From Blastocladiella emersonii ATCC 22665 (lineage: Eukaryota > Fungi > Blastocladiomycota), in contig JANHCV010000015.1 of NCBI GenBank assembly GCA_025594325.1, positions 372,001 through 436,000 of the forward strand: DNA of 64,000 bases, in the 5' to 3' direction. Within the stretch, counting starts at the first letter, position 1. Each line of letters begins with the position of its first letter. Shown in pieces: positions 21,284 to 33,356 of the stretch. The position numbers were made by a program, and so were the translations under genes. Below the pieces are notes generated by a model that ran no database searches, had not been told where the DNA came from, and worked only from the letters and a program-made list of their open reading frames with translations.

Positions 21284-23147
21284 TCAATGCCCAAGCTTCT
21301 GCTTCCTGCGCGGCATCGGCTGGCGCAGGTCGAGCTTGTCCGGGTTGTTGGCGTGGAACTCTGCAAGCAGCTCCTCGAGGTGCTTGAGCTTGTAGAAGTA
21401 TTCCCACGTCGTCTCGCCTCCGACCCACTCGACAAGATACTTGACGGTTCGGGCGGCGCGCTTCACGTCCAAGATCGCCTCGACCTCGTACTCGGGATCA
21501 TCGTCCGTCTGGTCGCCGTCTGCAGCGGAGGCGGCCGCAGTGTCGTCGTCTTCGACCGCCTTGCGCTTGCGAGTCGTAGACGCTACAGCTGCAGCGGTGG
21601 CGGCCTCCATGAGACGGTCCAGTCGCGCAACCGTGGCCTCGTCCGACTCGATAGCGCGAGAAATCAGCGAGTCGAGCAGCGGGGCGGACTCGGTGAAGGA
21701 AGCGCGTAGCGCGGCCGACTGGTCCTTGAGCAAAGCGTGCTGCTCGCGCTCCAGGGAAAGCTCGGTGCGCAGGCGGTCGCGCTCAACCACCACGGCCGCG
21801 ACGCCCTGCTCCAGCTCGGTGAAGCGGCGCTCGCGATCAGCGAGTCGAACAGCGAAATCGGCCTGCTCCGCAGCACGCGACACGTCCAGGTTGGCCAGCT
21901 TGGTGTTGAGTGCCATGACCTCAGCATTCGTGACGGCGAGAAGCTCCGTCGTCCCAGCGTGGTCTGCACGCGACTGCGCGAGCGCCGACTCGCGCTCCTC
22001 GAGGTCCGCCTCGGCGCGAACACGGCCGGCCTCGGCGAGCCTGCACCGATCCTTAGCCTCCAGGCAGCTCGTGCGCGACTCGAGAAGCTGCGCCGAGAGC
22101 TGCTTGCTGTCGGCCTTGGCCGCATCGAGTAGAGCCGACTCCTCGACGCGCTGGGCGCGGGCCGCGTCAAGGTCCGCAGCAAGCCGCTCATTGGTACGAC
22201 TCGAGGTCCGTGGCGTTGGTTTGGGCAGCAGCAAGTGACGTTGCGGCCGACTCGAGTTGCTGCGCGAGCGCGAGATTGCTGGCCCGCGACGCGTCGAGCT
22301 GCGCCTGGAGCTCGGCCATGGCGGCATTCGCAGCGGAGAGCGAAGCGCCGTCGTCGATGCGGGCCGCGCGCACGGCGGTGAGGTCCGACGTAAGTTGAGC
22401 GTTGTCGGACTCAGCGGACGAGCAGCGGGCAGCGAGTGCGTCGCGATCATCGAGAAGCTGCTGCAGCGCGACGTTGACCGTGTCGAGCTCCGTCGCGAGC
22501 TGCGCATTGCGAGCTTCGAGTTCCGCGATCTTGAGGTCGGCAGCAGCAGCACGCGATTTGGCCGACTCGACGTGCTCCTCGAGATCAAGGCGAGTGAGAT
22601 CGAGCAGAGCCCGAGAGCCGGCGAGCTCCAGCGAAAGTTGCTTCCTGTGGGCCAGGGCTTCGTCCAGAAGCTCGTTGATGGAAGCGAGCGCGTCGGCGAC
22701 TTCATCCCGTTCCGTACGAGCGGAAGCGACCCGTCCCTCGGCCATAACGCGCAGGTTCTCCGACTCGGTGAGCCGCTGGGTAAGCTCGCTGGCCGCTGCA
22801 AGAGCGTCGTTCCGCTCGTGCGCCGCACCTTTCTCCGCCGCCTTCAGCTCAGCGACCCTGGCCGAAGGGTTGGAATGCTCGAAATGAGGAGAAGGATACG
22901 GTGCGAGGTCCTCATGGCCATGGTCGGGAAGGGCAACCGGATCCGCGCGAGGCGGGGCCACATGAAGCGCCAAGTTGGCAGGAACGTGCGGGCGCGTAAT
23001 GCTCAGGGTCGTTGCGGGAAGAGAAGGAGGCGACGGCGGTAGCGAACGCTCAAGCTCGGCGACTACAGGGCCGGGGCCGTGCGGCGCACAAGGCGCAGGA
23101 GCGGGTACAGCAGCGCGCTGGGGGTGGATACCGTGAGCTGGATTCAT
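21284..23147 (-). pseudogene. Coiled-coil + chromodomain family copy C, split by a single-base frameshift near 22195 (pseudogene or assembly error)
   Basis: ORF 22188..23147 holds the family N-terminus. The overlapping frame continues TNERLAADL... to RKRKA and YEVEAILDVKR...YLVEWVGGETTWE...ELLAEFHANNPDK. Confidence 0.75.
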
Positions 23148-23419
23148 TCGATTCGCTGGGAGGATTTGCCACGCGGGAGCGAGAGTGTAAGCGGCGAGGC
23201 GGCGCCCATATCTGCACTCGGCCAGCAGCGGCGGCTACCCCTGACGCCCAGCTCCCCGACGCCCACCATCCGCGGTGTTTGAGGTTCCGCCTCACGCGAG
23301 GTTCGCGTGATGGCCACGTTGATCTGGTACCTTCCTTCATCGACGTCATCCTCGCAACGACCACTGTGCCTCCAACCGCGAGCGCATCGAACGTGGACTG
23401 TTTGGAATCAATCAACTGC

Positions 23420-24875
23420 CTACACTCTAGCCCCCGGCGACACCGCCCGCACACGTCCCGCGGCCCCCGGGCCGCTACTGACATGCGGCCCGACCGCCGC
23501 CTCCTCGTGCAGCGTGAGCACGACGGTCACAGCGCGCTCAACGTGCGGGAGCACCTGCGCGAGCGCCGCCATGGTCGCGTCGCGCGTCTCGGCCCACTGC
23601 TTGCGCGCGCCGCCCGCGGGGATCGTGGCCGGCGGCGGCGCCGTCCACTTAATCGCGCGGGACACGAGCGAGGACGCGAGCTCGCGCGCCTTGGTCTGGA
23701 TCCGCGCCTGGGCTTCGGCGGAGAGCGAGGCTGACGACGGGCTGAGTGGGGTACGCGGCGAGGTGCTGGCGTCGGATCGGCTCGTGGGCGAGCGGGTAGG
23801 CGAGCGCGTTGAGGGCGCGGACGCGGGTCGCCGAAGCGAGGGTGGCGGGCAGGCGGGCCGCCGCAGCGGTGAAGGGCCGGCGGGATGCCCGATAATCGGG
23901 CCGGGCGAGCGGCCGCGCGGGAGGAGCGGCTGGCCTGGCTTCGGCGCGGGCGTACTTGGCCGACTCTTGGGCGCTGCAGGCTTGGCCACAGGCTGCGGTG
24001 TGAAGACACGCATCTGGCGGTGGTCCGCCGGCGCCGGCGACGCCGCGCGCGACTGCTCCGTCGGCGACCGCGACGGCGACGGCGAGCGGGACCGCCACGA
24101 CACCAGCTCGCGCTCCTCGGTCATGCGGTCGATGCGGCGGTGCATGTGCAGCACGCTGAGCCGGTGGTGGTGCGCGATCGGACCCGTCGGGTCGCCCTTG
24201 GTCAGCGGCGGCCGCGTCATGGATGCGCGGTGGAAGGCGAGGTACACCCGGTGCATGAAGAAGTAGACAGCGCATGTTACGGCCGTTACGACGCGGTTGG
24301 GCGGGCCGGTCAGCGTCGCGAGCGCGGCGAGGCGGAGCGCGCGAAGGTGCTCGGTCAGGATCGCGAGCGTGTAGGGGTGCGTCGTCATGCTCGCATGGCG
24401 AAGCGTTCTGGAGGGATGAAATTCTTGAATGTGCAGAAACAACGAGTTCTACCCGAAGCGTGTGGTGAGCGAACCGGTATTGGCGGGACCGCGGAACGAG
24501 TACCGTGACAGTGTACAGCTGGTCGTCCTGCTGGATCAACTCGAGTACGTCGCTGGTATCAAGGATCGTCTTCTCGGGCACGGTTTTCAAATTCTGCTTC
24601 TCGATCTTTGGCTCGTCAAAGGCGACTTTCACGACCAGCGGCCCCGCTCGCGGCACTTCCTTGAGCGGACGGGTTTCAACTAGGACAAGTCGCTCCGTGA
24701 CAGCGGCGACTTCACGGTCGTATGGATCATCGTTTGAGGTAGCCTGTTCGTGCGAGATGCCGCTCGCTTCGAGTTCATGCTCCTCATTCCCCTGCGAATC
24801 GTCAAACTCGTCATCGTCGTAGCATGCTTGATCGCCGAACCCCGGTTGTTCACGTTCAAGTTCAGTCGCCTCCAT
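23420..24875 (-). CDS. Hypothetical protein (acidic N-terminal exon, Pro/Ser/Arg-rich C-terminal exon); putative intron 24503-24449
   Basis: aaaactaccATG start. A phase-0 GT..AG intron of 55 nt joins ORFs 23649..24980 and 23420..24442 in frame. Alternatively a shorter gene starts at MTTHPY (about 24388). Confidence 0.45.
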
Positions 24876-25161
24876 GGTAGTTTTAGCACGATTAAAAGCG
24901 GAGAGCGCAAGCGATCGAAGAGCCGCGAGACGGCCGTCCGCCGCGCGAGGTGTGAGACGCGTTTTGATATCACGTGTCATGTTCGACGTGGCGACGGCGG
25001 GTGTGGCGCAGGCCCTGTGCGAGACGCGCGCGCGAGGGGCAGGGACTGCTCGGCGGTACCCTCCCTCTAGTTGCCAGCGCTCGCTCTCTCCACAAACTAC
25101 TTAAGGCAATGAATTGCGCGCCCAGACTCGCTGCAACGGATCGACCACACCCTCTACTTGA

Positions 25162-27989
25162 ATGGGAAACAACATCACACGCGAATACGATGTCGACTCG
25201 AAACGCATCGTCGCCACGGGCGGACCCGGCTACTGCTGGCGCGTCTACAACGCCACCAAGAAGGTTCTCCGTCGCTTGCCTCTCGGGATCACGTCCTCCC
25301 TCCCCCGCTCACGCAACGGCGTCCTTGGTAGACGACGGGCCGCGCCGTGTCCGTGTTCCTGATCGAGAAGCGGCACCTGTGGGACGGCAACCTGCGTAGC
25401 AAGCTCGGCAGCGAGAAGCCGGACGCGCTGATCGCCCTGCTGCGGCACGACGTGACGGTGCTGTGCCGCCTGCGCCACCCGTGCCTGCTCGAGGTCGTCG
25501 AGCCGCTGTCCGAGTCGGCCACCACGCTCGCCTTTGTCACCGAGCCACTCATGGGGAACCTCGGCAATGTGCTCGGCAACTATACCAACTTTGACAATGC
25601 CCTCGACAAGTCGGTCGAGCGGTACGAGCTGGACGAGCTCGAGGTGCGTGCGTTTGGGACTTGCTGGCGCGTGCGACTGCGAGCTGACCCGGTCTTTGCG
25701 AGCGTAGATCCAAAAGGGCGTGCTGCAGCTGACGAAGGGCCTGCGCTTCTGCCACGACGACGCCAAGCTCGTGCACGCCAACCTGGTCCCCGAGTCCATC
25801 TACGTCAACGCCAAGGGCGACTGGAAGCTCGCTGGGTACGCGTTCCTTACCCACACGACACGCGATCCCTGCTGACACATCTCCCGTGCAGGTTCCAGTA
25901 CTCGCTGTGGAAGCAGTACTCGTCGACGCACACCGCCGAGTTCCCGGAGCACAACATGCCGTCGAACGTGCTGTCGCTGCCGAACCTCGACTTCTCGTCG
26001 CCCGAGTACGTGCTGATGCACTCGCTGCTGCCCGAGAGCGACGTGTTTGCGCTCGGCTGCCTCATCTACGCGCTGTACCACCAGGGCAAGTCGCCCATCG
26101 CGTCCAACTCGAACCTGCTCACCTACAAGGCCGCGCTCAACCACCTGCCCTCCTTCAGCACGGGCCGGGCCTCGGTCGAGTGCATCGTCGGCGACCTGCT
26201 GCGCCGCGACCCGAGCACGCGCCCGAAACTCGCCGATCTCGCGCAGCACCCCGTGTTCCAGACACCTCTCCTCGCCGCGGTGCGCTTCATCGAGGACCTG
26301 CCGACGCACTCGGACATCGAGAAGGCGCAGTTCTTCAAGAAGCTCGCCGCGACGCTGGCCCAGTTCCCGCCGCGCATAGTGCAGCGGAAACTCCTGCCCG
26401 CGCTGCTGGGCGAGCTCAAGACGCCGTCGCTCGTCCCGTTCGCGCTCCCGTGCGTGACGGCGGCCGCGGCAACGACGCCGCCGCGCGAGTTTGTCCAGAC
26501 CATCCTGCCCGCGATCCGCCCGCTGTTCACGGTCACGGCGCCGCCGCTCATCCCGCTCGCGCTGCTGCAGCACGTCGCGACGCTGTTCGACCACCTGGCG
26601 CCGAGCGGCGCGTTCGGCCGCGAGGTCGGCCCGCTGTTCGCGACGGCGCTCCAGATGGCCGACCACCCGAACGTCCAGGCGGCGGCGCTCGCGCAGCTCG
26701 CGCTCGTGGTGCCTACGGGCGGAACGGCGGCATCGGGTGCGAATACCAGCACGCGTTCGTCCGCGGCACCGATGCCGGTCCTGCGCCACTTCGAGTCGGG
26801 CCAGATCCGCTCCGCGATCCTGCCGCGCATCGCATCGTTCCTCGGCCCGCCCGCGGGCGCCGCGCCGGGCGTCCCGCCGGCGAATCCGCATCTGATCGGG
26901 CCCGCGCTGAAGGCGCTGCACGCCGCGCTGCCGGCCATGGACCGCGACCTGGTCATGAACTCGCTGCTCCCGACCCTACGCGTCGCCGCGGCGCAGCTCC
27001 CGTCGACGCCCGAGGGCAGCGAGCACGTCCGCCGGCTCACCGCCATCTACCGCGACCTGACGACGCCGGGCGAGGCGGGCAGCGTGACGCTGCCGCACGA
27101 CGTGGTCGCGACGGCGATCGTGCCCGCGCTCCTGCGGCTCGCGTTCGCGCCGTCGATCTGCCGCGTCGCCGACTTTGCGGGCGTCCTGGCCGAGGTCCGC
27201 GGCATGCTCGCGGCGGTCGAGGCGGCGCAGGTCGGCAGGCTCAAGCAGGTCGAGGCTATGGCGAGGTCGACGAGCGATGTGCTCGGGCCTTCCGCTGCGG
27301 GTGCGGCGTCGGGTGGGAGTATCGCGGGTGTGCCACCACTCGGCTCCGTGGCCTCGCGCCCGTCGACGGGCGGCGACCAGCCGTTCGCCCCTGGGCCGAA
27401 CGGGTTCGCCGCTGCCCCGCGCCCGTCGTCCACGCCCGGCAGCAGCCAGCCGTTCGCGCCAGGCCCGAACGGGTTCATGCCGCCGCCGATCCGGCCCACG
27501 CCGCTCGCGGGCGTCGCGAGCGCGACGACGGCCGCGGCGGCGAGTAATCTCGCGGAGCAAAACCTCGCCCAGCTGCAGCTCAACAGCAACGGAGCTGCAC
27601 CGGCTGCGGTGGTCTCTTCGCCCGCGGCCCGTGCGCCGAACCCGTTTGTCGCTAGACCCACGGGTCCCCCGCTCGCGTCCCTCGGCGGGACCGGCCCAGC
27701 CGCAGCGCCGCTCTCGCTCGGCGGCCGCGACACTTCGAACCGGTCGTCGGGCGCGGGCGGGTGGGGCGACGCGTTTGCCGGGTTCGCGACCGGCGGTGGC
27801 GGTGGTCCGCGGGCAGCGAGTACCGGTGCGTCCGGATGGCAGCCTATCGCAGCATCGTCCCCGTCCTCGGCCGCATCGCTCGCGTCGCTCGGCCGGAGCA
27901 GCGGCGGGGCGGCGACAACGACGGCAGGGAACGGCGGGTCCCGCGGCGTGTCGCAGGCGGATCTCCTGCGCATGTTTGATCCCATGTAA
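25162..27989 (+). CDS. SCY1: SCY1-like pseudokinase (SCYL2/Scy1 type); 4 exons
   Basis: LRHDVTVLCRLRHPCLLEVVEPL, LVHANLVPESIYVNAKGDWKLAGF, PNLDFSSPEY, followed by HEAT repeats. Introns begin at 25264, 25644 and about 25836. Confidence 0.9.
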
Positions 27990-28193
27990 TGAATGAGTCG
28001 CCGCAGAGGCCTTTTTGTTTGTCTCGTTCTCGAGAGAGGCCGCGAGACGCGTCGCGATATCAGCTGAGGTCAGCGCCGCTCACTTCCCTCCCTCCACGCC
28101 TCGGCTTGCGCGCGTCGCACCGCCCCCTTCCTTTCTCCCCAACCGACTGCCTTGAGCGCAGCACCCACAGACTCCCTGCAACGCACCAACACC

Positions 28194-29538
28194 ATGATGG
28201 AAGCTCCGCGCCCCGACGCGCCCGCAGTGCCGGCCTCCGCCACCGCCGCTGGCGCGCCCGACCTGATCCCGGCGTCGACGCCCGGCGAGCTGGCCGGCGG
28301 GTTCCGGATCCCGGAGCGGCGCATCATCACGCCCGACGACCTCGCGCACTTCCACGCCTCGCCCATGTACACGGACCTCGTCGCCTTCATCGAGACGTGC
28401 AGCGACGCGGTGCGCAACCGGAAGGTGTCGGACGATGTGCTTGTGCGACCCGTACGGTTTTGCGGACTGTCTGTTGCAAGGGCGATGTCTGACGGTTTTG
28501 GGGGTCTAGGTGATCACGGACCTCGTGCGCGTGCTCAATGACATTGACGCGCTCGTCGACGCGACGCCCGCCGAGGCCGAGCCCAAGTCGCGGTTCGGGA
28601 ACCCCGCGTTCCGGCTCTTCTACGACCGCGTGCAGCAGGTCCGTTCGCTCTGTTCGCTCTTGGTCGCAACACCGTTGCTGACGTTGTGGGGTGAACGTAG
28701 CAACTCCCGTCGATCCTCGAGGACGTGGTGCGGCCGAGCGAAGCGGTGCCCGAGGTCGCGCGGTACCTCGAAAAGTCGTTTGGCGACCGCAAGCGCATCG
28801 ACTACGGCACCGGGCACGAGGCCAACTTCATGGCGTTCCTGTACGTGTCTGCCTCTCCCCCCACTCCCAGCGACGCGATACTGACATTCCCCGTAATCTA
28901 GTCTCGCGCTGCACAAGCTCGGCCTGGTGACCGACGACGACAAGCCGGCTTTGATCCTGCGCGTGTTCGTGCGGTACATTGACCTGATGCGCAAGGTGCA
29001 GTTCACGTACTGGCTGGAGCCCGCGGGGTCGCACGGCGTGTGGGGGCTTGACGACTACCACTCGCTCCCGTTCCTATTCGGCGCGAGCCAGCTGGCCGAC
29101 CACAAGCACCTGCGGCCGAAATCGATCCACAACGCCGAGATCGTCGAGGCCTTCGCGGCCGACTACATGTACCTCGGGTGCATCCAGTTCATCAACAGCG
29201 TCAAGACGGCGTCGCTGCGCTGGCACTCGCCCATGCTCGACGACATCTCGGGTGTCAAGTCGTGGGCCAAGGTCGAGTCCGGCATGCGCAAAATGTACCG
29301 CGCCGAGGTTCTGGGTAAGCTGCCCATCATGCAGCACTTTCTGTTCGGGTCGATCCTCGCCTTTGACAACGTCTCGGGCCGCGTCGTCCGCGACGAGGAC
29401 CTCGAGGCCGACGACGGACACCTCCACGTCTACGCCATGGGGCAGCAGTTCCCCGTCTGCTGCGGCATGCGGTTGCCGTCCGCCATCGCGGCGCGCGAGC
29501 GCGAGGGGAAGCCGCGCGCGGGGCTGCCGTTCGACTAA
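28194..29538 (+). CDS. RRD2: PP2A phosphatase activator PTPA (Rrd2/Ypa2-like); multi-exon
   Basis: RFGNPAFR, RIDYGTGHEANF, YWLEPAGSHGVWGLDDYH and KLPIMQHFLFGS. The C-terminal CCGMRLPSAIAA is the Rrd2-type tail. Confidence 0.9.
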
Positions 29539-29594
29539 ACTTTTTCATCGAGTCGCACACACACACTATAAACAGTTTTGATATTCGTCAACCG

Positions 29595-30753
29595 TCACTC
29601 GTCCTCGGCCCACCACCACTGCAACACCCCATCCGCGCCGCCCGTGACCGCCGCGAGCCTGCTCGGATGCGCCGTGACACTGAGGACGGGTCCTCGGTGT
29701 CCCGCGAGCTGCTGCACCTCGAACGCGTCCACGAGGTCCCAGACGCGCGCGGCGCCGTCCTCGGAGCCGCTCAGCACCAGCGCGTCGCGGTGGTCCAGCG
29801 TGCACGCCATGCGGTACTGCGTCGCGACGTGCCCCGTGTAGTCGTTGAGCAGCTCGCCCGTCGTCGCGTCGATTAGCCGCAGGTGCCCGTCGAGCGAGCC
29901 GACTAGCGTGCATTGTTGGTCACCGGAGAAGCGTGCGCAGGTTACGGGGGCTACGGGGAGCGAGGGCGTGAGTGAGGAGTGAGGGCTGAGGCACACGAGC
30001 GCGTGTACCTGCGATCGTGTCCACGGTCGTCGTCCCGAACCGGAGGTCGTACGTGCGGACGCGGCCATCGACAGAGCTAGATTGTCACTGCGGTCAGCAC
30101 TCGCTCGTCCTTACCACCGCGAAGAACGACAACGTACCCGGTCAGAATCCAGTGCTCGCAGATACTCACGGTCGTGACGCTGTCCTTGGCCTCGCCGAGG
30201 ACCTGGATCGGCGCGCGGTTGTTGGACTTGAGGTCCCACAGCCGCACCGTGGCGTCGTACGACCCGCTCGCGAGGACCGTCGCCGTGTCGTTGAAGGCGA
30301 CCGTGTTGACGCGCTACACGCGGGCGGTCGCGGGGTCAGTCTCACACGTCGGACACGAGCATCGAGGTAGGCGGACCTGCGTGTGCCCCGCCATCTTGCG
30401 CAGGAGCGTCGCGCTCGGCACGTCCCACACGAAGACCGACTTGTCGCCGCCGCACGACGCGAACATGGAGCTATCCTTGGCGCTACACCCCACTCCGTCA
30501 GCCCCATCCGCGCTCACGACGCAGTCCGACGTACAACAGCAACATACATGTCGACGTCCAGGATCTCCCACCCGTGCCCGAGAAACGACTTGACGAGGCG
30601 GCGGTCGCCGGCGTTCCACAGCCGCAGCGTCTTGTCGGCGCCGCCCGTCAGCACGTAGCCGCCCGTCGCGTCGAACTGCGCCGCGTTTATGGGTCCCGCG
30701 TGTGCCTTGGGGACCGGTTCACAGTTTGCGTAGGGTTGTTGCGTGTGCTTCAT
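29595..30753 (-). CDS. WDR83: WD40-repeat protein WDR83/MORG1; multi-exon
   Basis: AHAGPINAAQFDATGGYVLTGGADKTLRLWN...GHGWEILDV, SCGGDKSVFVWDV, ASGSYDATVRLWD, LVGSLDGHLRLID, YTGH and SGSEDG. Confidence 0.85.
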
Positions 30754-30791
30754 GGAATGTACGCTCTCTCTCTTTCTTGAACGACGCGAAG

Positions 30792-31347
30792 ATGAAGTCT
30801 CATGAACCCCACCCCACCGCCGCGACGGGACTCGGTGCAGGCGCACCCTTGCTCGCCGTGGTCTCGGGCGCGTGCGCCGCGCTCGCCGCCGCGTCGACCA
30901 AGCTGCTCGTGCACCCGGCGCTGCAGTCGCTGCTCGGTCCGTGCTGCTGTCGCCCTCGGCCCCTCTCCCTCGCCCAGCCCTCACCTTCGCGCGATGTAGG
31001 CCGCTCCGAAGACGACCTCCTGCTCCGCGCCGCATGCCTACTCGCCGTGGCGGGGACCAACGGCGCCATGTGGTACACGTTCTCGCGGGCGCTGGCGCGC
31101 GCGCGGACCACGGTGCAGGTGACCACGCTCAACACGTTCACCAACATGCTATGCACGGTACGAAGACGGCGGCGGGATCGGGGAGGGGATGGGCTAACGC
31201 GAGTGCGGTGTGTAGGCGCTGCTGGGCACGTTCGCGTTTGGCGAGTCGCTGCCCGCGCGGTTCTGGGCGGGGCTCTTGCTCGTGTGCGCGGGCACGCTGC
31301 TCCTCAACCGGCCCGCCGCGGCGGAGGCGAAGGGTAAGGCCGAGTGA
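30792..31347 (+). CDS. TMEM42-like small DMT/EamA-family membrane protein; 2 exons
   Basis: SGACAALAA, NGAMWYTFSRAL...TTLNTFTNMLCT; intron 31158-31215; ALLGTFAFGESL...WAGLLLVCAGTLL. Confidence 0.8.
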
Positions 31348-31374
31348 TGAGAAAACTGTATATACTCTCGTCCG

Positions 31375-32137
31375 TTACGGCGACCCGGCCTCGGCAAACG
31401 CCTTGGCGACCGAGTGGATCTCCTTGTTTTCGTAGATGCGCGCGGCCTCGGCGTGCGGGTTGTGCAGCAGGCCGACCATGGCCTTGGCCACGGTGCCGAC
31501 GGGGATCGACACGCCCGTCGGGGAGAAGAACTTGATGGCTGGGAGCATGGCTACGAGAGAGGATGCGTGTGAGTGAGGTCGGACGCAGCGGTGCACGAGT
31601 CGAGCAGAGCGTACCGAACGCGACGGTCTCGCCGAACCGGGACCCTGGCCGGTCGCCCTCGAGCTCGAGCAGCGCGGGCCGCATGATGGTGAGCTTGTCG
31701 AACTTGAGGTCGGTGAGCTCCTTCTCGATCTGGCCCTTGGTCTTCGGGTAGAGGAACGGCGAGTTGATGTTCGTCCCCTGCGCGGAGACGTAGAAGAAGT
31801 GCAGCGGCTTGTCGCCGGCCTCCTCCTTGATGAGCTTGGCCGCGTTGACGACGTAGTCGTGGTCGATGCGCCGGAACGCCTCGGCGCCACCGGCCTCGGC
31901 GCGCGTCGTGCCGAGCGAGCAGAAGGCCGCGTCGTGGCCCTGGAACGCCGCGCGGTACTCGTCGAGCTTCTCAAAGTCGACCACCTGCTGCACCAGCTTC
32001 TCCTTGTTGGGCCCGTCGTACGCAATCTCGCGGCGCCCGATCGTCGTCACCTTGGCGATCCGCGGGTCCGCCATCACCTCGCGCAGAACGCACTTGCCCA
32101 CGGCGCCCGTGTGCCCGAGAAGAACGCAAGATGCCAT
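31375..32137 (-). CDS. NAD(P)-binding oxidoreductase-like protein, HTATIP2/TIP30/Fmp52 family; 2 exons
   Basis: LLGHTGAVG, AFCSLGTTRA, FRRIDHDYV, YPKTKGQIE, IMRPALL; intron 31614-31551. Confidence 0.9.
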
Positions 32138-32416
32138 GGTTGGTTGTTGGGTGTGTTACGTTGCAGATTCGGTGGGTTGTTGCTGAGGGACGGAGAAGGA
32201 GGGAGGGGAGAGCGGCCGCTTTTGAAGGTTCGCCACCCCCTCGCCGCTGACAGCCCTCGATCAGCGCGTCGGCTCCGACGGACCCGCGGCTGACGCTAAA
32301 GCGTCACGTGCACCCTCGACGCGTGAAAGGGAAGGGCGAGGCGGCAGTTCCCTTGGCGATAGCCTACTCCAGCAGCTGTTCTCGAGTCTACATGCCAGGC
32401 GCGTCGGGGCATATCG

Positions 32417-32809
32417 ATGCAGGCTGTGGGAGTGCGTGCGGAGGCCGCATTCGAGCTGGGTTGGCAGGAACGGGGGCCCACGCGGAACGCCATTGTCGCT
32501 GACAAGGCATGCTTGGCCACGGACAGACGGTATCACAAGGTTGTTCTTGCCATCTTCAATCACTTTGACGCTTCTTTCCACGAGGCGACCAAATGGGAGC
32601 AGCTCGGCGAGCTTCGCCGCTACGTCCTGGGCATGTTCTGTAACTTTGGCCGTCCCAAGGGCTGGGTCCTCGCAGGGTACCGCAGGGCGCGACTGTACGG
32701 CGGGAGCGAGTGTAGCGATTCGAGCGACTGCGAGTGTCACGAGTGTGATGGCGACGATGATGAAGACGGGTATGGCTTTGATGACGATGACGATGACGAT
32801 TGGGACTGA
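32417..32809 (+). pseudogene. 5'-truncated remnant of the tandem orphan family (copy 0)
   Basis: From about 32510, YHKVVLAIFNHFDASFHEATKWEQLGELRRYV...ARLYGG aligns with the C-termini of copies 1-3. The N-terminal part is absent. Confidence 0.8.
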
Positions 32810-32953
32810 GGCGACGATGGTTTGGACTCGATGGACGAGTAACGATCATAAAGGTTTGTGATGCAGCTGTTTGATAGGATGAATTCGCGCCCGGCGTGCA
32901 GATGTTTCTCATCAGCTCAACTCATTTCTCACCTTGAGCGAGTGACTGCGGTG

Positions 32954-32972
32954 CGCGTTGCGCCACCACGTG
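32954..32972 (+). promoter_or_regulatory. Composite motif CGCGTTGCGCCACCACGTG
   Basis: Exact 19-mer, also at 36746 and 38035; contains the E-box CACGTG. Confidence 0.65.
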
Positions 32973-33356
32973 AGGGTCGAGTGCCACCATCGATCCTTCT
33001 TTAGAGCAAGCGAGCGCAGAGTAACGGCAACCGTCCGCCGTTTCTGACTGTGACCCAGACCCGGCAGCGTTTGATCGACGCGTCAGCACTGGCAGCTGGT
33101 TGGGAAATAGAGCAGCAGGTGTTAGCCCTTGCATACGCCTGCCTTCGTTCATCAATATTCCTACGACGCGGTATGGTAGCAAGTGCCAGCCGAGGGTCCA
33201 ACACATGCCGCTGCGAGACGCGTCGCGAGACCCGTCGTGAGACAATTTGATCAAGCGCGCCCACGTGGTCCACGTTCCCAAGCCTTTGCGCTCAAAACGC
33301 GGCGGAGCCCTCGCCGCTCGTCCGCTCTCCCCAACGAGCGACACACACATACTGCA

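Noticed and set aside
21284-21500. Possible Ty3/gypsy retrotransposon around the chromodomain
   Set aside because: No gag, protease, RT, RNase H, integrase core, LTR pair or PBS is visible, so it was not called a mobile element.
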